Positions 1-14,814 of a stretch of 64,000 bases of DNA are shown here, one piece after another. How positions within the stretch are numbered: the stretch's first letter is position 1; the number at the start of each line of letters is the position of its first letter. This stretch comes from Eledone cirrhosa (Eukaryota), in NCBI GenBank assembly GCA_964016885.1, contig OZ024763.1, positions 7,750,001-7,814,000 of the forward strand, given 5' to 3'. The notes below the pieces were generated by a model that was given only the letters and a program-made list of their open reading frames with translations, had not been told where the DNA came from and did no database searches. Made by a program: the position numbers and the translations under genes.

Positions 1-25
1 TATATATATATATATATATATCTTA

Positions 26-69
<44 letters not shown>

Positions 70-1052
70 TAATTTATTTATTTCCACCTGGAGTTTCGAC
101 CGATAGATAGTATTAGCAATTGGAAAGACCAGTGGAAACATTGTTTCGTCGGTCCGATCTGACGAAGGTCGATCGACTGTCTATATATGTATATACATAC
201 ACATACATTCATATTTACTCACTTTTATGTAAATATATATACATATTAAAAACACATACCATATACCAGCTTAAAAACGATTGACTAACCATCAGGACAC
301 ATGCTTGCTCTTGTTAAAATTTCACAGAGATACTTATGAAAACCGAACTTGCAACGCCACGTACACTTACATACACACACCTGGACATACACAGACGTAT
401 AGAAAAGGTATGACTTATATAGGTACATCAAAGTTAATGTTCCACTATAGCACCATTCGAGGTAGATAAAACGAAGTACCAGTGTAGTACTGGAGTCGAT
501 TCTTCTTCTATATCTCTTTCTTACTTCCTTTCTCCTACTTTCTCTCCTTCTCTGGTAAATATCTCCTGTGATCAGATCTAGGGTAGAGATGGGATCAGTC
601 AGCTTTTACAGAATACCCAAGACACCCCGAATATCAACGTGGGATCACCAAGACTCCCTCGCAAGCTATACATCCCTACATACATAGCAACATCAGACAG
701 ATCCTTTATGTAGATCACTTTTACTCGATGATGGAAGACAAGTTTTCAGTGAGTCAGAAAGGAATATTTGCGATATGAAGGGAGAACCTCTCTGAATAAA
801 TATTAGATAGTTAAGATGCTACGTAAAGCAGGCGGCGACAACATCGAGGACCAGAGATGCCATGTGGAAATAGACATCGACATATAAATATACAAAGATA
901 GGGGGACCTTATCATCATAGACACTTGGGCTTATGAATACACAAATATATATTTATATACATACATACATACATACATATATATACATGTGTGGGGGGGG
1001 GGCGGGGGCTCCTGCAGGACTAGAACGGTTTCATTCGGAAGAAATCAAGGGC

Positions 1053-1100
1053 TTTCCTGATGATTTTTTCCGAATGAAACAGTTCTAGTCCTGTAGAAGC
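1053..1100 (+). ncRNA. Type I hammerhead-like motif (family A) within an inverted repeat at 1015-1093
   Basis: ttc-CTGATGA-ttttttccgaat-GAAA-CAG-ttctagtc-CTG-TA-gaagc; related copies at 16102, 39594 and 49630. Confidence 0.6.
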
Positions 1101-4100
1101 CATTTCTATATTAAATATTATTTATTAAGTATTTATAATCTGCTATGTAATGAGTACCTTACTTACTGTGGTTACCGCCGATTGAACCCGGGATAAACAT
1201 ATATATATATATACGGGTGCACAGGTGTACGGTGTCCTGAAGTTAACACTAAGGATTACGCTCGATGTCCCGTCACACATCACTACATCTTCGAGTAAAT
1301 GTTGATTAGTAAATAAATCGTGTATCTCACATGTAAGAGGAAAACTATAGCAAGTGTTGAGGATAAGAGACGTGTGAAAATAATAATAATAATAATAATA
1401 GTGTTACAATTATTAATAGTAGTAGTTGTAATAATAAAGTGAGGGGGGACAACATTATTATAAATAGTTATGTACACACAAGCTTACACAGGTACACATT
1501 CGTACACGTATTTACACAAACGTTTATAAATAAAAGACGAAGCTGATAAAAAGAACATATATTACCGTATCGCGTTTGGAACGATACACTTGACGTTGAG
1601 TTCTTGAATCTGATCCCATCACCGGTTGCTGATACCATTATTGCACACACAACACAAGTTTAAAGAGCTGCCTGTTTAGAAACAATATTTCCAGGCCACC
1701 ATCTACTCACTAAGGTATGACAGCTGAAGGACATCACTGGATATCAGCTGGTCGTTGGATGAAATAAACCTAGTGATAAGAATAAAAGTCATGATATATT
1801 TTCTGAAAACTCGAGAAAAGTAAAAACCATGGCGACTTGTTTGTGGTATTAAAAAGACTGAGAAAGCCATGAACACCACCACGTCAATTAAGCTTCGAAA
1901 ATAGAAAGTAGGTTTATATATATTAATTTTCAGTATATTTTTATATCCGTCTCGTTGGCCTATTGGTAGGTGTTAGAGACGGTGAAGATCGAGGTTTGGG
2001 GTTCAACCTTAGCCAGGATCTATATAAAATAAGGGGGTTTTACTAATTTTTTTCAGCTTTTTAAAAATGTAAAAAAGTAGATAAAAAATTTTTTTCATTT
2101 TACCATAGATTTTTTTACGTTTGCATTGAAAAAAGCTGAAAAAAATTAGTAAAACCCCCTTATTTTATATAGATCGTGGCCAAGATCGAAACCCAGACCA
2201 GGATCTCCACCGTCTCTCATACCTCCCACTAGGCTACAAAGACAGCTTCAAAATAATATTAAAAATTAATATTTATAAACATACTTTTGATTTTGGAAGA
2301 TTAATTGAAGTGGTGGCGTTCATGCCTTTCTTAGTGTTGCTGTGATTAGAAAGGGTCGACTTTGTCTTTCATAATTCAGGCTCTTTCATGAAGTAAATAT
2401 TCATTTTATTTCTTAACGCCCTAGTATTGATTTGAACCTACAATTACTTCGTCTGCAATAATGTTCACTAATTTCAAATCTGCCATACCTAAATCCTGTT
2501 GCGACTTACAAATAAATTGTTAAATGTCACTTTTATATATTTACCAATGTGAGATTGGAACCTACAGTTATGTGCTTTGCAGTAATGTCCCGTAACTCAA
2601 ACTAGATTGCGCTAAGCTTATATATTTCTTTCGTCCGAACAACATAATGCTTTCGATCCCAGTTCGCTACTGGTACAAGAAATAATTTAAAGAAATTCTA
2701 TATCCCCAGCTAAATATTGAACTCCTAACGACATTTTATGTTACTTAATACCAATAACCCTGTTACACACTGAACATCTAAGCCCTGAACACACATTTAT
2801 ATTTATAACTCAATTTCCAATTTTTTTAAATGATATTACACCACCTTTGTGTTCTAGGTGAAAATCCTGTCGATATTAATTTACAATTTTATAACTTTAG
2901 AGAAGAAAAATAGAGTACCAGTCATTTTATGGGTTCAATTTAATCGATCGGCTTCACCCCGTCAATCACTTGACATTTGCCAAACAAAAACACACAAACA
3001 GTATATATATATATATATATAATACGACAAATTTAAAATAAATTACGTGTTTAATAAAGAAAAAAATTATTGTAAGTAAGAAATTATAATTATTTAGTAA
3101 TAATATTTTTATTGTTTGTTTTCACTGCATTAACTGCTGAGTGTGACTTAATTTTCTTACTATTTTCTACTGTAAATGGCGGCCGAGACGTTATTGGAGT
3201 ATTACTAAGGTTTACTGGATGATGGCGTTTCCTTATTGCTTTATTTTACAAAAAGTACCAGTAATGCACTGGGTAATTGCTGGCCTTGTGCCTAAAGTAG
3301 AAACAATTATTTTACAAACAGTGGACATCGGAATATCCCTCTATATACCTGGGATAAATGTAAGGAGCATTGTTATGTTATACATAGTACTATGGTCATC
3401 TCTTCTTATATTTACATTTTCTTCCAATTCTGTATTTTGAAGTACTTTCATTATTTTAAATATTTCTATCATGTCACTCGTTTGATTAATCTCCTCCAAA
3501 GTTGTAATTCTATGTGTTTGTCCTTGGTATAGTGAACTAATGTTGATATTTTCAAGTCTTGGTATTTATATGGAATAGTGTACTAATATTTAAATAGTCT
3601 TTATATTTTTGTCTTGTCTCCCCTAAGATTTATCTCCTCTAAATTTACAAAAGTTTCTCATCTGCCTTCACAAGACAGATCCCTAAATAATTCTAGTGTC
3701 TTCTGTTTTCTCCTCTCTGGGTTGCTTCAAGAGCCTCACCGTTTCTTCGGAGGTCAGTTGACCAAGGCCCAAAACAATATTCTCAGTGGTATCACACATA
3801 TTCATCTAGAGTTTTAGATATTTCAGCATTTAACTAGGAAAAAGAATGTTTTATTATTTCTATTATCCGTCTCCCTGTTTTGCTTCAACATGGTTAGTCA
3901 TCTTTCAATTCATATTCATACATATTCACAATTCTTCTGTGAGGGGTATAAGAAGCTCGTTTGATGATCGAACCTGACTGAAAATCGTAAGGTCCTCAGA
4001 TACGTCTTGATTCTACGAAGCAGATTTTCCTATTTCCATACATTTATATACACACCAAGGATGGAAGACAGATCTCTGTATATTTTCATGAAATTAGATT

Positions 4101-4439
4101 CACCGTTAACATGGAGTGACGACTAAACTGTAGTTATGTCCAAGCCAGTTGATACAATTCTAAGTTAGTTGATATATTTTGAAGTATTGCGAGATTTACT
4201 GAGTTCTTTTCTTATTGCCATAGCATGATCAAATTCACTACAATGCTTTCTGCTCACTTTTACTCAGCATCACAAATATTTCGTTCTTCATCTGTCATAT
4301 ATTTTTATCATCATTTACTGTTGTGTCGTCTACTCCATCATTTAAACTATTCAATTCACTAATATCTCTTTGAGAAATATATATTTTCTGATGTCTTTAG
4401 AGCATTGTATCTTATAAACAGTATAATGGTGTCCTCTTC

Positions 4440-4800
4440 TTACATTTTCTTCTGTAATTTCAAGTGCTTTCATTATCTTAAATATTTCTGTCGTGTCTCC
4501 CCTTAGCTTTATCTCCTCCAAAGTCGTAATTCCTGGCTTTTTACATCTTTCTTCTCAAGAATTCTGGTATTTCATGCTTTTTTCTTCTCTGGATTCCTTC
4601 AATAGTTTCTCTCTCCTTTCGGAAGTCGGGTGACCATACCTGCAAATAATATTCTAAGTAGTATCACACATATCATTTATCTAGAGTTTTAATATATCTG
4701 TATTTAGGTAGGTAAAGTAATATTTCATCATTCCTATAATCCGACTTGGTGTTGTGGTCTTTTCCTGCGAGATGGTTAGCTACCTTTAAATTCAAATTGA
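4440..4800 (-). mobile_element. Decayed CR1/L2-type LINE ORF2 3' fragment (also ~3410-3910, ~7850-8220, ~11600-11935)
   Basis: Minus strand LEYYLQVWSP...IEGIQRR and TTLEEIKLRGDTTEIFKIMK, with stops and frameshifts. Confidence 0.7.
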
Positions 4801-5789
4801 TACATATTCCACATTTGTTGGGGGTGGGTGAAACAAAAAAAACACTTTTACATCAATATTCGATGTTAAAACTTGCTGGCGTCTTATACGTTCAAGATAC
4901 AAATATGATAATTAAAGTATATACTAGCCATGTATATGTATCTCCCTATTTTTAACTCTTCTTCAAAATGTATTCCGAAAAATCCTGTATGAGGTCTCTG
5001 TAAGTGTTCGATTTTCAATAGATTGTATTGCCGTTGAAGATGCAATCATTTCTCCTTCTTATCAATAAACAATTTGTCATACAATTGTTGCTTCGTCCAT
5101 TTTAAGTTTAGTTTCACAAACTATCGTTAATTCAAGATTTTGCTCTAATATAATAAATTATACTTTTAAAAGACTGACATTCTCACATTCATTCTTTATC
5201 TTCTATATTATCTAATGAATAAAACAATGTATGTGAGCTGTAGAAATAACACGACCTTCTTTCACCGCTGCAGATAGCAAACTGGCAGTGTGTTTAGCTG
5301 ACAACGGTGAACGTCACGTGTTTAGTGTTAAATCCCAACAAACTACCATTTATATACCGTGTTAACTGGAAAGACGGACCAAATAAGGATACAATCTGCT
5401 CTCCTTATCAATATTCTCTGAGATTGAGGACCTTGGTCCCTGAATAAGCAGTGAGATAAAGTGATAGGGTTGAATCTCTAGCAAGAATTACAGTAGGTTA
5501 TTTTTAACGAAGGACATCAATAAATTTAATAGTGAGGTATGACAGTTGAAGAAGGCCACTGCAGATTATCGGGTTGTAGGATGAAATGAACCTTAGAGAA
5601 AGTAAGTGAAGATATATTTTCTCAAATTGACAGAAGAATAAAAATCCAATGTCGACCCTTTCGAAGTATTGATAATGCTGAGAAGGGCATGAATGCCACA
5701 ACATCTATTATGCTTGGAAATACAAGGTAGGTTTCTGAAAGCTCCAGATTAATAAAATACAAGGTCGGTCGTTGGTAGTGCGAATAACA

Positions 5790-6185
5790 TGGAGAAAGAC
5801 ATGAAGGCCACCACATCAAGTTTGCTTGGATATAGAAAAGTAGCTTTATAAATATAAATGTTCATAGTACTTTTGTGGCAGTCTCTGTGGGCTAATGGTA
5901 TGTGATAGAGACGGTGAAGATCCTAGTCTCTGGTTCAATCTCGGCCAGGAACTACACTAACGTTTTTCATTTTACTAGAGATAAAATGAAAAATTTTTGA
6001 ATTTTTTCATTAAGACACCTCTGGTCTTGGCCAAGATTGAACCCGAGACCAGTATCTTCGCCGTCTCTCATACCTTCCACAAGGCCACCGAAACTTGCTA
6101 CAAAAAGTTATGGAAAATTAATATTTATAAATCTACTTTACTATTTTCAAGCAAAATTGATGTGGTGGCGTTCATGCCTTACTCA
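5790..6185. repeat. Inverted pair of tRNA-head-like segments inside the tandem unit (also ~1860-2330, ~9250-9645, ~12985-13360)
   Basis: ~150-bp arms with A-box-like gggctaatgg and B-box-like ggttcaatc, facing each other across an AT-rich spacer. Confidence 0.65.
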
Positions 6186-9100
6186 ATGTTATAAATACTA
6201 AAAAGGGTCGACTTTGTCTTTCATCCTCCTGGGTCTTTGATAAATTAAATCTTCACTTTGTTTCTTATCGCTCTACGGTTGATTTGAACCTAGAATGTCC
6301 CCGTCTACAATAATATTTACTAACTTTAAATCTATCATACCTGGTTTGCGTCTGTGTGAAATATTCCCACCTCGTACAATACGCCCGTAAATTGTTAAAC
6401 CTGATTTCTATATAGATAATATATGTAGCAGTGTAAGATCTGAACCTACAATGATATGTTTTGCAGTAATTTTACACAATTTCAACTAAATAGCGATATG
6501 TATATGTTTTTCGTTTCTTAAAAATAAAAGAAATTCTATATCCGCAGCTAAATATTGAACTCCTGACAGCACCACAAACTACATTAAATACTTAACTACC
6601 AAGTCTCACACGACTTTGTAACTAAATGATAAAATAATAACCTCAATTTTTAATTGATATTACTTCACCTTGCGTTCTCATCTCGGTGAAAATCTGGCCC
6701 TGATTAATTTAACATTTTTATTTTTGGATAGATAAAATATAGTACCAGTCACATACTGGGACCAATTTAAATGATCGAATTCTCCCCGTAAATTTCTGCC
6801 TTTTGCCTCAGTTACAAACAAAGAGGGTGTATCTGTATGTGTAAATATATATATATATACATATATATTAAAGTATGTGTTAGCAATAAATAAATGAAAC
6901 AAATTAAATAATAAAAGTAAGACATTTTTATTCAGTAGTTTTATTTTTATTATGATTTTCAATACATTAACTGCTCAGTGTGCCTTTTGTTTTTGTTTCT
7001 TCTTATATTCTATTGCAAATGGCGGCTACGGCGGAACTGGATTATTACCAAGGTTTACTGGATGTTGTCTTTTGCTATTTGGATTAATTTACAAAATGGA
7101 GACATCAGGATATCTACCGCAATACCCGAGATAAACATAAGGTCTGTCTTTTACGCAATATTTCGCTTTAAAGACTTGTGTTGACTTGATCAAATTTGAC
7201 CTGTCGACGAGACAGAGATGCTATTTCAAAACAAACCACACAGACCAGCCATGAATAATCTAAAATTAGTTTTACAAAAGATAATCTATCTTTAAAGAGA
7301 GACAAATATTTAAAAACTGACGTTCAAAGGAACACTCGATGGCAGAAAGAATCTCAGCCACAATTTAATGTCTGAAGTTAGACATTTTTCACGACATAAA
7401 TATAGTTTAATGCCCCTCCTCTCATATCCGATTCCTTTCCTCAAATCCTCCAATAATACATATTTTATAGAGATATACCTTCGAAGGTATACATTATAAT
7501 GTTGTGTTTTGTTTATATTTTCGCCTTTTCTAGTAATTCGTAGTTTTAGAATTGTCATTCCGATCATGTAGAAAATCTATGACATTATCCTGATTGATAT
7601 TATACGTTTTCAATATGAGATTGGAAGGCATAGCAAGTTCAAATTCACTACAATGCTTTCTGCTCACTTTTACTCAGCATCACAAATATTTCGTTCTTCA
7701 TCTGTCATATCTTTTTATAATCATTTACTGTTGTGTCGTCTACTCCATCATTTAAACTATTCAATTCACTAATATCTCTTTGAGAAATATATATTTTCTG
7801 ATGTCTTTAGAGCATTGTATCTTATAAACAGTATAATGGTGTCCTCTTCTTACATTTTCTTCTGATTTTCAAGTCCTTTCATTATCATAAATATTTCTGT
7901 CGTGTCTCCCCTTAGTTTTATCTCCTCCAAAGTTGTAATTCCTAGATTTTTACACCTTTCTTGTCAAGACAGATTTGTTAATAATTCTGGTATTTCATGC
8001 TTCTTTCTTCTCTGGATTCCTTCAATAGCTTCTCTCTCCTTTCGGAAGTCGGGTGACCATACCTGCAAATAATATTCTAAGTAGTATCACACATATCATT
8101 TATCTAGAGTTTCAATATTTCTGTATGTTGGTAGGTATAGTAATATTTTATCATTCCTATAATCCGACTTGGTGTTGTGGGTTTTTTTATGCGAGATGGT
8201 TAGTTAACCTTAAATTCAAATTGTTACATATTCCGATTTTGTTGGGGTGGGTGAAACAAGAGACACAATTTTACATAAAAATTCGATGTTAAAACCTGCT
8301 GGCGTCTTATACATCCAAGATACGAATATGATAATTATATATGTTTGTACTAGCCATGTATAAGTATATCCCTATTTATAACTCTTCCTCAAAACAATAT
8401 ATTCCGAAAAATGCTGTATGATGTCTCCGTGAGTGTTCCATTTCAATCAATATCTCATTTCGATTTTCAATAGATTGTGTGGCCCTTGAAGATGCAATCA
8501 TTTCTCCTTCTTATAATAATTAATTTGTTTTACAATGTTCGTATTGTTGCTTCGTCCATTTTACGTTTAGTGTCACAAACTATCGTTAATTCAAGATTTT
8601 GCTCTAATATAATAAACTATACTTTTAAAAGACTGACATTCTCATATTCATTCTATCTCTTCTATATGGTTATCTAACCGATAAAAGAATGTATGTGGTA
8701 TGTGAGAGGTAGAAATAACACGACCTTCTTTCACCGCTGCAGATAGCAAACTGGCAGTGTGTTTAGCTGACAACGGTGAACATCACGTGTTTAGCGTTAA
8801 GTCCCAACATAGTGCCATTTTTATACCGGGTTAACTGGAAAGTCGGACCAAATAAGGATACAATCTTCTGCCCTTATCAACATTCTCCGATCTTGGTCCC
8901 TGAATAAATAGTGAGATAAAGTGATAGGGTTGAATCTCTAGCAAGAATTACAGTAGGTTATTTTTAACGAAGGACATCAATAAATTTAATAGTGAGGTAT
9001 GACAGTTGAAGAAGGCCACTGCAGATTATCGGGTTGTAGGATGAAATGAACCTTAGAGAAAGTAAGTGAAGATATATTTTCTGAAATTGCCAGAAGAATA

Positions 9101-12100
9101 AAAATCCCATGTCGACCCTTTTGAAGTATTGATAATGCTGAGAAAGGCATGAATGCCACAACATCTATTATGCTTGGAAATACAAGGTGGGTTTCTGAAA
9201 GCTCCAGAGGAATAAAATACAAGGTCGGTCGTTGGTAGTGCGAATAACATGGAGAAAGACATGAAGGCCACCACATCAAGTTTGCTTGGATATAGAAAAG
9301 TAGCTTTATAAATATAAATGTTCATAGTACTTTTGTGGCAGTCTCTGTGGGCTAATGGTATGTGATAGAGACGGTGAAGATCCTGGTCTAGGGTTCAATC
9401 TCGACCAGGAACTACACTAACGTTTTTCATTTTACTAGAGATAAAATAAAAAAAATTTTAATTTTTTCATTAAGACCCCTCTAGTCCTGGCCAAGATTGA
9501 ACCCGACACCAGGATCTTCACCGTCTCTCATACCTTCCACAAGGCCACCGAAACTTGCTACAAAAAGTGATTGAAAATTAATATTTATAAACCTACTTTA
9601 CTATTTTCAAGCAAAATTGATGTGGTGGCGTTCATGCCTTACTCAATGTTATAAATACTAAAAGGGGTCGACTCTGTCTTTCATCCTCCTGGGTCTTTGA
9701 TAAATTAAATCTTCACTTTGTTTCTTATCGCTCTACGGTTGATTTGAACCTACAATGTCCCCGTCTACAATAATATTTACTAACTTTAAATCTATCATAC
9801 CTGGTTTGTGTGTGTGTGTGTGTGTGAAATATTCTCACCTCGTACAATACGCCCGTAAATTGTTAAACCCGATTTCTATATAGATAATATATGTAGCAGT
9901 GTAAGATCTGAACCTACAATGATATGTTTTGCAGTAATTTTACACAATTTCAATTAAATAGCGATATGTATATGTTTTTCGTTTCTTAAAAATAAAAGAA
10001 ATTCTATATCCGCAGCTAAATATTGAACTCCTGACAGCACCACAAACTACGACTTTGTAACTAAATGATAAAATAATAACACCTAAATTTTTAATTGATA
10101 TTACTTCACCTTTTTGTGGTCTCATCTCGGTGAAAATCTGGCCCTGATTAATTTAACATTTTTATTTTTGGAGAGATAAAATATAGTACCAGTCACATAG
10201 TGGTATCAATTTAATCGATCGAATTCTCACCGTAAATTTCTGACTTCTGCCTCATTTACAAACAAAGAGTTTATCTATGTGTGTATATATATATATATAT
10301 ATTAGTTAAAGTATGTGTTAGCAATAAATAAATGAAAAAAATTAAATAATGACAGTAAGACATTTTTATTCAGTAGCTTTATTTTTATTGTGATTTTCAA
10401 TACATTAACTGTCCAGTGTGGCCGTTTGTTTTTGTTTCTGCTTATATTCTATTGCAAATGGCGGCTACGGCGAAACTGGATTACCAAAGGTTGTCTTTTG
10501 CTTTGTGGATTACTTTACAAACTGGAGACATCAGGATATCTACCGCAATACCCGAGATAAACATAAGGTGCGTCTTTTACGCAATATTTCGTTTTAAAGA
10601 CATGTTCGACTTGATCAAATTTGACCTGTCTATGAGACAGAGATGCTATTTCAAAACAAACCACACAGACCAACCACGAATAATCTAAAATTAGTTTTTC
10701 AAAAGATAATCCATCTTTAAAGAGAGACAAATATTTAAAAATTGACGTTCAAAGGAACACTCGATGGCAGAAAGAATCTCAGCCGCAATTTAATGTCTGA
10801 AGTTAGACATTTTTCACGACATAAATATAGTTTAATGCCCCTCCTCTCACATCTGACTCGTTTTCTTAAAACTTAGTTCTAATAATATATATTTTATAGA
10901 CATATACTTTCGAAGGTAAACATTGTTTTTGTGTTGTTTTGTAATGTTTCAAGTAATTCATAGTTTTAGAAATGACATTCCGATTATGTAGAAAATCTAT
11001 GACATTATTCTGATTAATATTATACTTTATCAACATGAGATTGGAAGACAGGCATAATTAACGAATTTTCAAGTTTATATTTAGCCGACTACAAACACAG
11101 TACGAAAGTTTTTAGTACACGAAATCTTTAACGAACTTAACTACATACAATAATGAAAGTATTTGAAGTAAATTAATGAGTTTCACCGACATTATCGTCA
11201 TCTACATCATGGAAGACGGATCTCTGTATATTTTCATGTAAAATATATTCACCGTAAACAAATTCATGGAGTGACGACTAAACTGTAGTTATGTCCAAGC
11301 CAGTTGATACAATTCTAAGTTAGTTGATATATTTTGAAGCGTTGCGAGATTTACTGAGTTCTTTTCTTATTGCCATAGCATGATCAAATTCACTACAATG
11401 CTTTCTGCTCACTTTTACTCAGCATCACAAATATTTCGTTCTTCATCTGTCATATCTTTTTATCATCATTTACTGTTGTGTCGTCTACTCCATCATTTAA
11501 ACTATTCCATTCACTAATATCTCTTTGAGAAATATATATTTTCTGATGTCTTTAGAGCATTGTATCTTATAAACAGTATAATGGTGTCCTCTTCTTACAT
11601 TTACATTTTCTTCCGTAATTTCAAGTCCTTCCATCATCTTAAATATTTCTATCATGTCTCCCCTTTGTTTTATCTCCTCCCAAGTTGTAATTCCTAAGTT
11701 TTTACATCTTTATTCTCAAGACAGATTTCTTAATTCTTTTGTTTTATTGTTTGTTCTTCTCTGGATTCTTTCAATATTTTCTGTCGTGCGTCCATGTCCC
11801 TACGGAATACTCTACGTGGTGTCGCTCATATCATTCATCGATAATTTAAAATTTGTTTGCATTTAGCTAGGTAAATTATTATTCCTATCGTCTCACTTGC
11901 TACTTTTTGCCTTTAACATGGTTAGCCACCTTTCAATTAAAACATACATATTCGAAATATATTTTTTTGTGAGGTGGGGAATAAGAGGTACTTTTCTACC
12001 CGAAAAAAAACCGATGTAAAAAAAAACAAAAACCAACCGTCTGCCCTTTGCCTTAAAGGTACGAATATAATAAACACTATATATATACATAAATATACAC

Positions 12101-12748
12101 ACACTCCATGAACAAGGATAGCTGCATATTTACACTCCCCCCCCCCCCCCCCCCAATCATTTTGTCTTGAAAATAAACATGTCTTAAAAGATATCTCCAT
12201 AAAGGTTCCTTTACAATTAATTTCTCCTTTCTCCTCAATGTATTGCCGTTGAATTCGTTAATGAAATAAAATTTCCTTTTCAAAGATTGACATTCTCAAT
12301 TTAATTCTTTCTCTTGTGTATTGTTCTCTAATGGATAACATATGTATGTTATTCATTAGAGGTAGAAGTAACACGACCTTCCTTCATCGCTGCACAGATC
12401 TAACTGGCAGTGTGTTTAGCATGAGTGGTGGTAAGTATTCGACAACTGTGAACATCAGGTGTGAAGTCAGAACAAACTGCCTTTTATATAGGGTGTTAAT
12501 TGGAAAGACTAAACAGTGAGATAAAATGACGAGGTTCAATCTCTACCAAGAATTACACAAGGTTATTTTAAACCATAAATTATTATGTTGTTGCTGTAAA
12601 TGTGTAGTCAGGGTTTCAATCCTTAGCAGGGTTTGTAGAGTTACATTTATGTAATTATTAACAAATAAAAACAGATTTATATAGCGATGTTGTACGTTCA
12701 AATAAAACACACACACACATATATATATAAATAAATATTTATATGTTA

Positions 12749-12945
12749 TATTGTTTCTAATTTTGGCACAAGGCCAGCAATTATACCAGTGTATTACTTG
12801 TACTTTATTTTATTGACCCTGCAAAGATGAAAGGCAAAGTTAACCTCGGCGGGATAGATAGGAACTCAGAATGGCAAGGGCCGTAACTCTATGTTGGGAA
12901 GCATAGCGTTTGAACCTCTACCGATTCTGCTAATACACCGCCCCT
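12749..12945 (-). mobile_element. SINE family 1 copy
   Basis: Reverse-complement match to 18178-18370. Confidence 0.8.
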
Positions 12946-13430
12946 GCCAAGACACCGCCCTATGTAGTGTTAATAAGACGGAACCAGCATGAATGTAACC
13001 ACATCTATTTAGCTTGCTAATAGAAAGTAGTTTCATATATATTAAATTTCAATTAGTTCTGTAGCTGTTATTATTACGGTGGCCTAGTGGGGGTTATTAG
13101 AGACGGTGGAGGACTTGGTTTGGTTTTCAATGAAGACATACATTAAGGGGGTCTTACTTTTCCCTTTTATAAGAGAAAAAAATGTAAGATTTAGTGAGAT
13201 TATATCCTGATTCAGATCGAACTCACGACCAGGAAAGGATTCACCTCTAATACATACCACTGTGTCACCAAAACGGATGTAAAACCTCATTGAAAATGAA
13301 TATATATCAACCTACTTTCAATATGGAACCAATATTGTTGCAGATGTTCGGTTTTCTCTTAGCTTTCATGAATTGAATGTTGAATTAGCTTCTCATTAAT
13401 ATAGGGAAGATTGGAACATTCAATAATTCC

Positions 13431-13476
<46 letters not shown>

Positions 13477-13591
13477 TTGTGTGTGTGTGTTTGTGTGTGT
13501 GATGGTAGCTAAGATGCTTCCATAGGCGATATGCCGGTTGAGCACTTATATATATATATATATACATACAGACACGCATAAACATATATAT

Positions 13592-13634
<43 letters not shown>

Positions 13635-13691
13635 AACATATATATTTATATGTATATATATATATATACACACACACACAAACATATATAT

Positions 13692-13734
<43 letters not shown>

Positions 13735-13880
13735 AACATATATATTTATATATATATATATATACACACACACACAAACATATATATTTATATGTATATA
13801 TATATACACACAAACATATATATTTATATGTATATATACACATATATATAAATAAATTATTTATATATATATATATACAT

Positions 13881-13936
<56 letters not shown>

Positions 13937-13978
13937 AAGAAATAAGTCACCAAGTTCAACAGTTTATAAATTATTTAT

Positions 13979-14044
13979 TTGATCAACACTTGTTTCATTG
14001 CTATTACATGTTACACATCTTTAGAAAGATATCGTCAGGAACAA
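13979..14044 (-). ncRNA. Type I hammerhead-like motif, degenerate
   Basis: Minus strand ttgttc-CTGACGA-(~35 nt)-GAAA-CAAGTG-TT-gatcaa, followed by AATAAA; flanked by (TA)n. Confidence 0.5.
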
Positions 14045-14399
14045 TTCTAAACATAACATTGGAAGTCTGCAATAGAAAATAAATCAATTTTGAGGTTGAA
14101 TATATATTTCAATGCCATATTGTTGTTTTATCAACTGATAGAATTTTCAACACGTAATATATATATATATATACGTAAGCATGTATGTTTATATATATAT
14201 ATATATGTATGTGTTTATATATATGTGTGTATATATATATATACATGTGCGTGTATATGGCAATAGGGAGCAAGAGTAACACACTATTGAACTCCCGAAC
14301 TAGGGTGCCACAGTATGGCACTTTAGAGCTTCAGTGCTGCACTATGGTATTTAGTAGATTTAACTAAACTTAGTACTGACTTAGTACTGAGTTAGTAGA

Positions 14400-14800
14400 G
14401 TTAAAAGCGAATACAAGCAGCCAAAATGGGGTTCCTCGAAAGGGTCTTTGGAGTAACGTTACTTGATAAAGTGTGTAGCTCAGAGATCAGAGAGTCACTC
14501 CAGGTAGAGCTGCTACTTCTCCCAACTGAGAGATCACAGCTCTGATACTATGGACATGTGGTTAGAATGTCTCAGGAAAGAATCACTGGACAGATTTTAC
14601 GGGCAAAATCAACTGGCAGGTGACCCAGAGGTAGACCTTCAGCAAGATGGTGGGATAACATCCATGAACTTGGTTGGTCACACTTGGGGATCCAGCCGGA
14701 TCAGCTGGAGACTGTTGCTTCTGGCAGGACCTGCTGAAAGGAGAGTTTGAGGACTCTGTCCCCACGACCCTCTCAGGAATAAGTGGGTGAAGAAGTAGTA
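14400..14800 (+). mobile_element. RTE-clade LINE 3' fragment
   Basis: RVFGVTLLDKVCSSEIRESLQVE...YYGHVVRM...PRGRPSARW with stops; short simple-repeat tail. Confidence 0.8.
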
Positions 14801-14814
14801 GTACTTACCTAGAG

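Larger units (their letters stand above)
1700..13390. repeat. Degenerate tandem duplication, ~3.5-3.8 kb unit, about 3.3 copies
   Basis: Anchor aatctcta(g/c)caagaattaca at ~5473, ~8933 and ~12538; a diverged counterpart of the following segment at ~1710. Copies 2 and 3 are highly similar. Confidence 0.9.

Noticed and set aside
80-180. Hammerhead near the window start (CTGACGAAGGTCGATCGAC)
   Set aside because: The core halves lie on opposite strands or are truncated; no complete fold.
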